Part shown: positions 43,585-55,900 of the stretch, one piece after another
Position numbering within the stretch: the first letter of the stretch is position 1
Layout of the letters: each line of letters opens with the position of its first letter
Assembly (NCBI GenBank): GCA_023205875.1
Contig: CP060765.1
Coordinates: 372,001 to 436,000, forward strand
Length of the DNA stretch: 64,000 nt
Direction: 5' to 3'
Source of the DNA: Chloropicon primus
Taxonomy: Eukaryota
The notes under the pieces: model-generated
What the model was told of the DNA's origin: nothing
The model's input: the letters and a program-made list of their open reading frames with translations, nothing else
Database searches by the model: none
Program-made: the position numbers and the translations under genes

Positions 43585-45285
43585 ATGGCTGGTGCTGGCG
43601 GTTGCCTCCTGCGCTTTGGCCGCGAGGGCGTGCCGCGGCGGGAGGTGCGAGGGCGTCCACAGCGGGAGGCAGGAGGCAGAAAGGTCCTCGCCAAGGCGGA
43701 TGGTCTCGAACGCGGCGCCGTGGTGTTCACCTCGGAAGAGATCGCGGAAGCCACAGGGGGTCGAGTGGAAAGGGGAGGGGAACCAGGGGTCATTATCACA
43801 GATAGCAGAGGAGCAAGGGCTGGGACGTGGTTCCTTGGCATTCGAGGGGACCGCTACGACGGCAGGGACTTCGCATTGGACGCCCTCGCGAGGGGATGCG
43901 CTGGTGTGGTCCTCGAGACGGAGTCGGAGGCCGAGATCCAGGAATTCGTCAGCAGGTAGGTTTCGATGCGCTTGCTCGTAGGTTACACCACCTCCCTGAC
44001 CCTTTGAGCCTCTTTCGCTTTTCGGGAATGGCGCAGCATGGGCGACGGGGCGAATGCTGGACTGGTGTCCGTGGCTGGAAGCTCGGGGGGGCTGGCCACA
44101 CTGCATGATTTGGCGCGGAGCGTCCGGAGGGAGTATCCAGGGAAGGTTGTGGGTATCACCGGTTCTTGTGGGAAGACCACCACCAGGTCGATGGTCTCCC
44201 ACCTTCTGAGGGGGATGCGGGGCGAGGGGGCCGTGCACGAGACGGAGGGGAACAACAACAACCTGATTGGGGTCCCCCTGACCATCCTCAAGCTCCCTTC
44301 GGAGGCGGGTTTCTGCGTGCTGGAGCTGGGCATGGATCGGTTCGGGGAGATCAGGCAGCTGGGGTCGATTTGCGAGCCAGGCGTCAGGGTTGTGACGAAC
44401 GTTGGCCTTGCCCACCTCGAAGGGGTCGGCGGGACCATCGAGGGCGTGGCAGATGCCAAAGCAGAGCTCCTTGAGGGCGCAAGGCCGGGAGACGTCTGCG
44501 TGTTGAATGCGGATGATGCCCACGTCTCCAAGATGGCTCCGCCGCGGGGGGTGGACAGGATCTCGTTTGGGAGAGGCGAGCACTGCGACGTCAGGATCCT
44601 GGGAAGCCGGGCGAGTGGGGAGGATGGCATGAGGTCCCGATTGACTTTCAGCGTCCGGGGGAAGGGCGAGGTGCTTTGCGAGGTCTGCCAGCCCGGACAC
44701 CGGAACGTGGCGGAGAACGCCGCCGCCGCCGTGGCAACTCTCCTGGCCCTTGAAGTGGATTTCGACCTTCCGACCTTGAGGCGGGGCTTGTCGACTTTCT
44801 CGTCCCCGCTGCAGGTGGGCAGGGGCAGGGCGAGGGAGTACTTTTTCCAGGGCAGGGCCATCGCCGTCATCGACGAGACCTACAACTCCAACCCCACGAG
44901 CCTCCTTGCTGCGCTGGATACCTTGTGCGAGAGCGGGGGGGAGGGAAGCAGGAGGCACGCCGTCCTCGGGGACATGCTTGAGCTTGGGGAGGCCTCTGAC
45001 CACCACCACTCCGTGGTGCTGAGCAGGTGTCTGAGCGACGAGACCATCGACACGGTCACGCTCGTGGGCGATCGTTTTGGGGACGCCCTGGAGAGAATGA
45101 GGGCGGAGGAAGGCAAGTCCTCTGCCGGCGAACGAAGCGTTCGTTGGTTCTCGGATCCAATCGAAGCGGCCTCTGTCGTCGTCGCCCATTGCGAGGACGG
45201 CGACGTGGTCCTCGTCAAGGGGAGTCGGGGCATGGCCATGGAGGGTTTCTTCCACTCGAGCGTCGGTCTTATCGGTGGACTCTAG
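43585..45285 (+). CDS. murF: UDP-N-acetylmuramoyl-tripeptide--D-alanyl-D-alanine ligase MurF with probable plastid transit peptide; exons 43585-43955 and 44037-45285
   Basis: TDSR, GDRYDG, GITGSCGKTTT, GNNNNLIGVPLT, VLELGM, IDETYNSNP, VLGDMLELG, VLVKGSRGM. Confidence 0.93.
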
Positions 45286-45632
45286 TAGGCACCAGCTCGT
45301 CCATCTGTGCGCGCGTGTATGAATAGTATTGTATATTGTGTAGGGTAAAAATACTCAAAGTCAAGCCAAAACCTTGGCCTCGGTCGCCGTCATCCATCAG
45401 CCTCTCTCACCAGCCCGGGTACCCAGGCAAAGAAACAGAGAACGAGAGAGAATGAGAGAGAGAGAGAGAGAGAGAGAAGAGACTAAGAGAATGGGAGCAC
45501 ATCATACACTTGTGGCCCGATTCCCCCTTGCCCCTCCCTCCTCCCAATCCCTCCTCCTCCTCTCAGGTCATCATGATCATCATCATGCTTGAAGCGCGTT
45601 ACTCTGGAGACCAGCACTGCGGAGTGGAGAAG

Positions 45633-47801
45633 ATGGCGCCTCGCCGGAGGAGGAAGGGGAAGGCCAAGGAGGAGGAGGAGGAGGGGAAGGAGGAGGGAGG
45701 GAGGTCGGCGACTTGGTTGCCGCAATGGTTGGTCGGGAGGAAGACGCCCGAGTCTGTCCAGTTCATGTCGGACAGGACGCGACGCAAGTTGGCTATCCCT
45801 GCGTTGATCCTCGTCGTCGCCATACTCTTCTCGTCCCCTCAAGACTTCGAGTTGGACTTCGACCCCGTGGAGGAGATCTCGAAAGTGGGCGACTCGTTCG
45901 CGAATCAGTGGAAGGAGCTGGCGAGGCTGGCCCCTGGCGTTCCGGACTTCTCGTTTGACGCCGCTTTCTTTTCCATGATCAAGGACTCTGCGATGCTGAC
46001 AGACACGAAGCGGCCAGGCCAGGAGGCCAAGGAGCGAGGGCTGAGGAAGTCCTATCCGATCGTGATCATCCCTGGGGCGACGACGACTGGGCTGGAGATT
46101 TGGAAGGGGAAGGCTTGCGCGAAAGCTTATTTCAAGCAGCGCTTGTGGGGTTCCATGACCATGTTCTCATCCTTTGCTTCGATGGACGGGGCTTGCTGGC
46201 TGGAGCACATCTCCATGAACCTGTCGACCGGGTTGGACCCCGATGACATCACAGTGAGGCCTGCGGAGGGTCTCAGCAACGTGGAGTACTTCATGCCAGG
46301 GTTTGGAATTTGGGCCCAGGTCGTGGAGAGCTTAGCGGACATCGGTTACGACAACTCGGACTTGTACGTGCACCCCTACGACTGGAGGATGGACGCCCTG
46401 AGGTTGCAGAAGAGGGATGGCCTGCTGACTCGGATGAAGCACACCTTCGAGTCCTCCTTCGAAGGTGAGTGATTGGCAAACACGCAATTCGTTTCTCCCC
46501 CCGACACACGCACGCACACAGGCGGCGAAAAAAGCCAGGTTCCAGCTCCCGGAATGAATCTTCAAAGCGTGTGTTCTGGGTTCCTGAAAACTTGGCTACA
46601 ACAATTCCCTCGGGCGCAATACCTATTCCTCCCTGTTCGCGATTGACTTGGTGGAAGAACTCCCGGCACATCATCATGACCCCGCGAGTATTATTTTTCT
46701 CCTTCATCTGGATTTTGCTGACTCCCAAGCTTGGAATATCCTTGCCCCCCTCGTCTCGGTGCATTGGCCTCGCGATTCGCAGTGCACAACAAGCCGGCCT
46801 GCGTCCTGACGCACTCTTACGGTGACACGCTCATGCGTTACTTTATGTCCTGGGTGGAGAGCGACGAGGGCGGCAAAGGGGGAAGAGGCTGGGTGGACAA
46901 ATACATCCACCGATACGTGAACATCGGTGGTCCCACGCTGGGGGTCCCGAAAGTCGTGACCGCTTTGCTATCGGGTGACACCTCCGACTCCATCTGGCTG
47001 CCTGATTTTGGGGCATTCCTCACGGACAGGTCGGTCCTCTCCAAGAGCGGCAGGTCGCTGTGGTTCAGGAGCATGAGTTCGGGATCGGCCATGCTTCCTC
47101 ACGGGGGGGAGGAGATCTGGGGCAAGCCACCGCACGAAACGTTCTTGTGTATCTCAGGGCCAGGCGCAGAAAAGTTTGGGAAGAGAAGCAGTGAGGGCTG
47201 CGTTCCATACACGACGACAGAGAGCATCGAATTGATGTTCAAGCGGAGTGGGGAGGAGACTCGATCCATGTGGGAGGCTGATCGCACCACCTGGGGCGAG
47301 GCCCTGGTCGAGCCTTTGCCCCTGAGCAAGAATCTCAAGATATACTGTCTGTACGGCGTGGGCGTCGATACAGAGAGAGCCTACAACTACCGGTACGACG
47401 CCAAGAATGACAAGCTGGAGACGGACTCCATCATTTTCACCGATGGCGACGGCACAGGTGAGTTACTCGCGCGGGGATCGAATGGAATTGCATTGCATCG
47501 GATCGGATCGGGTTGGACTGACTTCTCCCTTTCTTTCGTTCCAGTGCCGTTGATAAGCTTGGGTTACATGTGCGCAAAGGGTTGGAAGACCAAGAAGTTG
47601 AATCCGTCTGGAGTCAAGGTGACCACGAGGGAGTACCAGCACAAACCCGCGACGTTGAGCCTCAGGGGCGGCCCCGGGACGTCGGATCACGTGAACATCT
47701 TGCTGAACGCGGAGGTCATTGGGGATATCCTTGAGATCGCTGCCGGGATCGATGTCCAGGAAAGGATCGTTTCCAACATACACGATGTACAATCAATGTA
47801 G
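45633..47801 (+). CDS. PDAT: Phospholipid:diacylglycerol acyltransferase (LCAT family); exons 45633-46464, 46783-47457, 47545-47801
   Basis: N-terminal TM, PIVIIPG..TGLEIW, PYDWR, THSYG, IYCLYGVG, GDGT-VPLISLG after splicing, SDHVNIL. Confidence 0.9.
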
Positions 47802-47860
47802 AATCACACGTACACACGCACGCACACACACACACGCGCGCGCGCGTTTTTGTTTGTAGT

Positions 47861-49387
47861 TTAATGGTACATTTGCTTCATGAAGCTCTCTACCTCGTCT
47901 CTCATCTTTCTCAAGTCGTGCACAGCTTTCTCGAGAACTTTGCCGGGGTCCTGCTCCTCTTCTCCCGACTGCGAGTGACTCGACGCCAAGATGTTCTGGC
48001 AGTCCTTCACGCATCGTCTCAAGTCCGCCGCCGAAAAGTCTTCGGTGCGGTTTGCGATCTGATCAATCTTCTGCTTGGAGACTTTCCCGAGCGCAGGGCA
48101 TTTCTCAGACGCGGAGAGGTACTTTGTCAGAATTTTTGCGCGGTCCTTCGCCTTGGGGTACTCCAGCTTGAGCCACAACTCGATTCTCCCCGATCGAATC
48201 AAGGCATCTGGCAAACTTTTTGGCGACTCACAAGTCATGACAATCGTCACGTGCTTGTTGTCCTTGTCCTTCGAGCTCGTCATCCCATCCATTTTGCTGA
48301 GGAGGAACCTGAACATCTCTGAGCCCCCGCCCCAAGCGACTTTCGACCGATGCAGGAGCACGTCAATATCATCAAAGAAGACAACCGAGGGCGCCGACGC
48401 CTCGGCCTTCGAGAACGTCTCTTGCAATCCCTTCCAAAGGTGCATCTCACGGACCATGAAGAGCCTGCCTTTCAAGCGATGCGCCATCCATCGCCCGATA
48501 CTCGTTTTCCCTGTGCCCGGGCTGCCGAACAGCAGGACACCGCGCTTCGGCTCCGCAAACATGGAGCCGGGCTTGTGCACGTTCTCCATCGGCAAACAAA
48601 CTTGTTCCTCAAGGATTTTCATCTTTTCCTGCATTCCAGGCATGGTCTCCATGTTGACGCGCTCGACCTTCTTCAAGTCAACCGCCCCGTGACTCTCGTG
48701 AAGCTTGGCCGAGATCTCGCTATCCCCGTGGCTCAGGACGCGCAGCTCCGCCGGCGAGAGCTGCGGGAAGCTCCTGAAGACTTCCGCGGGCAAAGGTAAT
48801 AATGGCTCCTCCCCTGTTGCGAACTGGGAGAGGAAAAATGCATAATCCCCGACCGTATAACTGTCGCTGGTGATAATCAGTGGGGATCCCAAGAAGGTGT
48901 TGGTGCTGGTGTTCTCCTGCACGCAGGAGAACACCAGCGACTTTTTATGCAGGATGGCGTGGTCTGCAAGAGCCTTGAGGAGGGTGACCGGCTCTGGCTG
49001 TGTCCTTGGTTGCGATGACGATCTTCCTACGTCTGGAAGGGAGATCTCAGAAGGCAGGGCAACAAGATCAAGGGTGTCAACGAGGAGAAAATGCTTATCC
49101 TTCCACATGGACACGGCCAGCTGCCAAACCGCCCCGAGGTCGAGCGGACTCCCCGAGTTGAGCACGTCCTCGACACTCAACAGCCCCACATCCTTCTCCT
49201 CCGTCCTCGCGAGGAAACGAAAGATCGTCGTCGTACCGAACCCAGGCCTGAGCGCGAACTTGATCACCGGTTGGGCCTTGGCCCGCAGGATCTTGTCCTT
49301 GGCCTCCGCCTGTGTCGGCGACAGCATCATGGTTGCGCTTCCGTTTCCTCCGCCATTCCCATCGCCCTCGCTCGCCCTCGCCACCAT
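47861..49387 (-). CDS. AAA+ ATPase (single AAA module)
   Basis: GVLLFGSPGTGKT, VVFFDDID, LPDALIRSGRIE, FSAADL; first in-frame ATG at 49387. Confidence 0.87.
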   Translation of the reverse strand: MVARASEGDGNGGGNGSATMMLSPTQAEAKDKILRAKAQPVIKFALRPGFGTTTIFRFLARTEEKDVGLLSVEDVLNSGSPLDLGAVWQLAVSMWKDKHFLLVDTLDLVALPSEISLPDVGRSSSQPRTQPEPVTLLKALADHAILHKKSLVFSCVQENTSTNTFLGSPLIITSDSYTVGDYAFFLSQFATGEEPLLPLPAEVFRSFPQLSPAELRVLSHGDSEISAKLHESHGAVDLKKVERVNMETMPGMQEKMKILEEQVCLPMENVHKPGSMFAEPKRGVLLFGSPGTGKTSIGRWMAHRLKGRLFMVREMHLWKGLQETFSKAEASAPSVVFFDDIDVLLHRSKVAWGGGSEMFRFLLSKMDGMTSSKDKDNKHVTIVMTCESPKSLPDALIRSGRIELWLKLEYPKAKDRAKILTKYLSASEKCPALGKVSKQKIDQIANRTEDFSAADLRRCVKDCQNILASSHSQSGEEEQDPGKVLEKAVHDLRKMRDEVESFMKQMYH

Positions 49388-49770
49388 GTGAGAAACGAGA
49401 GGTCGAGACCAAACCGAACGCAGAGGCACAGAGAGGCAGGGAAAGCGCTAGAGCGGCAGACCGCGACCTTCGTTTCCTTGCTTGTTTGACAGTGTCACGG
49501 TTCTCCACAAAGCAAAGCAGATCAGATCCTCGCGTCGTCGGTCCTCTCTTCCCTCCTCTGCGAAAGAGGAAGAGGAGGAGGAGTCAGTGCAAAGTGAAGC
49601 GGATTCCGTGGAATAGGACGAGAGGACGCTTTGCCCAAGTCCCGTGGCCTTGGCCTTCGCCTCGCGTCGTCGTCGTCGTCGTTGCCTTCCTCCGAGCTCC
49701 TCGCCCGATTCTGGCGGGAAGGATCAGGATCAAGACTCCTGGGGGGAACCAGGAAGGGAGACGGGGAGCA

Positions 49771-49833
49771 ATGCAAGTGATGCAAGTGATGCAAGTGATG
49801 CAAGTGATGCAAGAGATGCAAGAGATGCAAGTG
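49771..49833. repeat. 9-bp minisatellite (ATGCAAGWG)x7
   Basis: Four ATGCAAGTG, two ATGCAAGAG, one ATGCAAGTG. Confidence 0.93.
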
Positions 49834-49949
49834 ACCAGTGCTCTTCTCCCTCGTCCTGGATGCCTTTGGATGATGACTTGGCCCGTTCGGTGTTGCGTTT
49901 GGTACAATTGTGGGATTACACTTTTTGTGTTTGGCTCTATGACTAGGAA

Positions 49950-52900
49950 TTAATCGGCTGAGCTATAGGACAGATTGCTGGTGCTGGTGCTGTAACTCGA
50001 GCTGTAGTCGTAAGAGGAACTCATGTCATCATCGCTCCGAGTCAAGTCAGTCTCGCTCTCGCTCTCGCTCTCGCTGTAACTGTAGCTGTAGCTGTACGAG
50101 TCTTCGCTGTAGTACTCGTCCGTGCTGTAATTGTCGGACACCGAGTCGTCCCCAGGTTGATCCCGCGCTGGCTTGGTCGTCGTGGTCGCCTGAAGGACCT
50201 CGAGGGGTGGAGGAGGGGGAGGGCCGCCGGATGGCTTCTTGGTCTTCTTCCTGCGGACCTTGGACCCGACCTTGATGGGCCCCTTGGGCTTCCCGCCCAT
50301 CGGAGACTGGATGTCCATGAAGAAATCGCCCAGGCCCTTCTTCGCGGAAGAGTCCTTCTCCTCGGAGAGGAAAGTCCCGTGGATGGCTTGGGGCTTGAGA
50401 ATGGACTCGAACTCCTTGAGAAAATCTTGTTCGATGAAGGACTCCTCCTCCGCTTTCTTCTTCTGGTGCGTCGGACCCTTCCCCTTTCCGGTGCGGGCCA
50501 GCTTCTCGCTGATGTTCAGGAGGGGCCCCGTCGAGAACAAGGTGTCCCAGCCGCTCTTGTTCGCATCCCTCGCCAAGTTGTAGTCGTCGAGCCGAGTCTG
50601 GGTCGCGATTGTGGCCGAAAGAGCCGCCCTCAGCTTGGAAGCCCCGTTTTCAGTGATGACTCTGTCGAAGAACTCAAAGCTTCCTAGGGTCACCAGGCCT
50701 CCTTGAAGCATTCTCCAAGCATTGGACTGCGTGATCACCTTCTTGATCCTGCCGAGAACCTCGTTGCTCTCGTAGTCCTCCTCCCCGTCGAAGGCCCTCT
50801 CCATCAGCGGGAAAAACTTCTCCATCAGCTCGCTCGCAAAGTACTTGTCCGGCTGGCTGATGAGGACGAGCACCATCTTCAGCACGGGGAGACGGAGGTG
50901 CTTCGAACCCTTGCAGGCCAGCGCCGTGAGAACCTCCCCGAGCTCAAGGAGGTCTCGCTTCGCCAGTCCCGCCCCGAGATTGCGCGCACAGGCCGTCAAA
51001 AACCTGTGGGGCTCGTTGGCAAAGTTTCCCTTGGAACCGAGGATGAGGACGTCCACGAACGGCTGCCACTCCTTGGTGACTCCCTCTCCCAAGGCCACCA
51101 TGGACTTGGCCTTGAAGAATTCGAGCTGCACAAAGGTCTGGAAACCGAGGTGCTTGTTGATGCTGGCGTGCTTCGGGACGGCATTCTCCTCGAGGACGAG
51201 GTTGAGCCAGACCACGGCGATGGCGGATTTGAACACCTTCGTCCCCGTGATGTCCCCCTTCTGCATCATCTGGGCCCTGTGAAAGATGTCCTCGCTGGTG
51301 AGGGCAGACCCGTGCAGGAAGAGTTGCAGACTCCTCACGCAGAGGGGGAAGTTGTCCTGCATGGTTCCCCACAGCAGCAGCTGGCCGACGCCGTCCATTT
51401 TTGGATTCCACTCCTCGCAAAACTCCCAGAAGAACTTCGTCTGGTTCCTCGCATAGGCGCTCAGATACGCGTCACCCTTGTTGGAGAACACCCCCGCCAG
51501 CAAGTCAAGGCAGTGGATGTAGATCGGCCTGATCTTGCACCTCATGATGGCGATGGTGATCCAAAAGTAGATCACGAGGTCACCCTTCTCGGAGTCCACC
51601 TTGCTCGTGTGAGCGATGAGCCCGTGGAGGAACCTGCACACCTGCCTGCACAGGTAAAGGGATTTCGAGCTCAAGGTCTCCTGGGACTGCAGGAGGGTGG
51701 AACTCTCCTTGTTGAGGCCCAGCAGGTGGTTCCCCTTCTCCTTGAATATTCTCGCCATCACGGGCATCACCTTGCACACGTCGGCCATGTTCATCTTGCC
51801 GTAGCAATCCAAACAAGCGACGATTTCGAAGGCCCGCCCAGAGAGACTGTCGTTCTTCGCGCTCAAAGCAATGTCCAGAGCGCTCTCCCCAAGCTCGATG
51901 TCGAAATTGTTGGAGAGCCCAGACAAGTACACGGTGCAGGCCCGAATCGTGGCCCTCAGATCCCTGTTCGGGTACTCCTCATCGGAAATGGAGCTCCACT
52001 CCAGAATCTTCCCATGGCTCGCATCGCTGGCCACGTTGCACAGCTTCAGAATCACGTCACTCAGAGGCTCGCGATCTCTGCCCGATTTAATTTGAGACAT
52101 GAGGGACGACAGCAGGGACCTCATGCCGTTTCTCAGCAAGTCATTGTTGCTGTCCAACATCAGAAGGCTGGCCACGAACAGCTTGGAGTACTTCACCTTG
52201 CTCGGGAAGGACGTCATGCCTTGGAAGATGTTCGACAGCGACATGGCGCTCAAGCCAGATATGGAGAGGGCGTTCTGATTCAGCCTGCTGCCTGCTCCCT
52301 CGTTCAAGGTCAGCTCCAGGGACTTGAGGGTCGAGGTGGAGAGGACGGATATCATCTGGTCCTGGAGGTTCTTGCAGAGGGTGTCCAAGATGCGGCGCAG
52401 AAGAGGCCTGGAGACGACTCCACCAATGGATTTCTGCATGAGGAACGTCGTGATCTCGATCATGCTGCTGTTGTTGAATTCTCCGTGGCTGTAACACAAG
52501 CTCTCCCACACCTCCACCATCCCCGCGAGGTGGATCGACGACGACAGGCCGCCCCTGGAGTATATTCCCACGGTGAGGGAACACAGCTCAGAGAGGATGA
52601 CGCTGGAGGTCATCCTCTTGCTGTGGATCTCCTTGCCGTCGCCCGGCGTCTCAGGGATATCAACCTTTGCTCGATTCAGCATCACGGTGTCAATCGGCTC
52701 GCACCAGTAAGACAAAGTCTTCAGGATCCACAGTGTGTCCTCCCCCCTGCCCAAGCTAGCCTTGAGGAGGAGGCAGGCCTCTGAGATGACCTCGACGGAG
52801 ACCATGGTGCAGATGCCCGCTATCCTCTTGATGACGTCCACCGAGTAGGCATCTTTCGTGCTGCTGAAGGAGTGGTGAAGCCCGTGGAGCATGGCCATGG

Positions 52901-55900
52901 TGGCTTGAAACTCCAGGTTGTCGTGGTTGTCCGAGTACGTCACGTTCAGGACGGCTGCGATGACGATCAGGAACTTGGTGGCGTTCCCAAAGGTCTCGGC
53001 GTTATCCCTGAATATCTCACGAATGCAAGCCATGATGAGCGTGGGCGAATGCTCGATGATGTTCTTCACGCAGTGGCTGTCCAAATCCTCGAACTCTATG
53101 GGACCGGTGAGCCTGGAGGAGCTCACAAGAATGTAATGGTACAACGCGTTGAAGTGCCGGGCACTCTTTTTGCTATTGATACACGCCCTGATGGAGCTGT
53201 CCAGCTTGAAGCCCGGCTTCCTGCTGTCCAGGAGAAGTCTGAGGGTAAAGGACAAGTGGTGGTTCATCTTCTCAAAAGCCTTGGGAAACCTCACTTCCCG
53301 CTCGATGTCGTCCACGGAGCACACGGAAACAACCTCGTTCAGGGCCAAGGCAACCGGATTCACGAGAGCCTCGATCCTCTCCTTCTTGTCTTCCATCTGG
53401 TTGTCGGTGTTCTCCCGGCCCAGAATTTCCACCATGATCGCCGAGACGCGGGAGAGGAACATCAGGGATTGCTTCCTCTTCCTCGCGGGCCAGAGATCCT
53501 CTTGGCTCCCGTAAAGCTTCTTGAAGGTGCTCGACAGGAAGCACAGCAACGAAGCGTGCTGCTCGATCAGCTTGTGGTGCTTGAAGATGCAGTCGATCTT
53601 GTCCGAAGAGATGACCACCTCCTGCCCCGCCTTTCGATCCTCGCCAATAATCAGCTTCTCCAAATCTTGCTCCAGGGCCGAGATGACCGTCAGCACGCAG
53701 TCCAGCATATTGTCCGAGTACTGCATCGACAGGTGGATGTTGTGGGAGGTCAAAAGGTACGTGATCAACTCCAGGAGTATACCCGTTTTCATGGAAGTCG
53801 AAGTCTCCTCGTACCAAGCGATCAGGCATTGCACCACGGTAATCATGGAGGACCAGTGGGCGGACTTGACGCTCTTGTACACGATTTCCTTCATGTTGTG
53901 GTCGCTTTTCAGGACATTCGAAAGGATGGATTTGGAGGACATGAACGAAATGATTCTCTTCCGCACGTCTTCCGCAATCGGAATTCTCTGGGCCTTGTCG
54001 TACTTCCTGGACCTCTTGTTCTCGATCCATTTCCTCACCTGCTCGAAGTTGATGTCCTGGTCCATGAGGGACCCAAACCTCAAGGTGCTCGCGGCGTTTT
54101 TCATGTCCGTCTCCGAGCAGTAGCACGACCACTTGTGCAGGGCCTGCGACAAGTGGTCCTCATCCATTGGCGACGTCCCGACGTTCCTGACGGCGCCATC
54201 CTCCTCGATCACGGCGCTCCACTGGCTGGGTCGCTCGATGATCACTTCTTTCTTCTCCCCGTAATGGAGAGCGTGCTGAGCACCGAGCTCGCTGGACTCC
54301 TCCTCCCTGGCACAGGAAGCGACGGCGAAGAAGAAGCACATCGTCGTCACCAGCGTGTTTCCAGAGGCCTCCTCTTTCATCGCGTTGGTGAGGCTCGGCA
54401 TGCGGTTCAGACCCTCCTTAAGTATCTGCCAAAGCTCGATCAGGGTAGGCTGGTACTTCTTCTGGTCGCAGATGGCCTCCCCGATCTCCAGGATCAGGTT
54501 CAAGTGCAGCTCACTCTTGGTCAGCTCCACCTCGCTCGCTTTCGACTGCATAGTCCTTTCGATGCCCTTGGAGATGCGAGACACCTTGGGCCAGCATTTA
54601 CCGGTGTGCTTTGACGTCACGAGGCCTGCGACCGTTGGCTGCAAGATGGTGCCCGCGTCCGATCGCAGGGAAGGGAGATGTATCCCATCGAGCTCCGCGT
54701 AATCGGTGCTGGCACGGTAAAACGCTTTATCGATCAGAGCATCGCCCAGGAAGATCGAAGAGCAGGACGAGAATTGGCTCTTTGGCACGAGGTTTTTCCC
54801 CGCACCCTCGCCCTCCCCGCCGCCCTTGAGGTTCTGGAGCACCTCGCCAATCTTTCCCGTCAGCTGAAGGATCCTGAAAGCACAGATTCTTATGCCCTCG
54901 TCACTATGACAGAGGGACGCCAGCGCCCAAGCTTCTACCATGTGCAGCGGCTGCAGAGATTCCGACAACATCACCGAGGGCAGGTCGCTCTTAGCCCCCA
55001 GGTGGTGCAACCACTGCTCGATGAGGTGCCCCACGTGCCCCAAGGAGAACGTGATCTGGTGCACGGAGGAGAACACAGTCGATGAGGCCTTCTTGCAAAT
55101 CAAAGCGAGGAGGTCAGGAATTCTGGAGGGGAGGCTCTCCGCGACGTCCTGCACGGCCAAGGACGCATTTTTAAGCAAGATCGAGTCTTGGGCGAACAAA
55201 CTGATTTGGATGGAGCTCTCCGCTCCGGCCTCCAGCCCGCACAAGTAGTTTGGGTCCAAGAAAGCAAGCATCGAGACGTACTCCGCCTGAAGTCTTGACC
55301 GAGTCGTCTCTCTGCTGACCTTGGCGTCTTCCTGCAGCTTCCGGAACCCGCCTTGGCCGTGAGATTCGATGTTTCGCAAGCGAATCCTGTTCGCCAGCCA
55401 GAGGGACTCCGAGACGTTCTTGGTAACGCCCCCGCGGCCTTCGTCCTGCTTGGCAACCTTCGTCTTCACGTAGTTGCTCAGGTGCTCACTCCTCTCCTCG
55501 AGGGCCTCCTTGCAGATTGAGATGGAATGTCGCGCCGCGGCCACGAGCTCCGGGGCGATGTCGATTCGATCGTCCAGCACTTCCATGTCCGTCTGGCTGG
55601 AGACTTGAATGTGAGGGAAAATGAGCAAACTGCTTTGAGGCACGTTCTTCGCGGTCAGCTTCACCACGCCCCTCACCATTGACGTGTAACTTGACAAGAC
55701 TTCTTGAAAGAACTCCGCGAATGTGATGTGGTTGTGCTCCTCGTCCTGCTCCCTCGCGATGGACTCCCGGGCGTAATGTACAAAATTGGAGTTGCTGTCC
55801 ATGATGACCCTAAGAGTGATGAGGGCCGCCAGCTTCCACTCCTTGGAGTCGTTCTCCTTCCTGTGCATCGTTCCCTCCCCGAGCATGGCTGGCAGAACGA

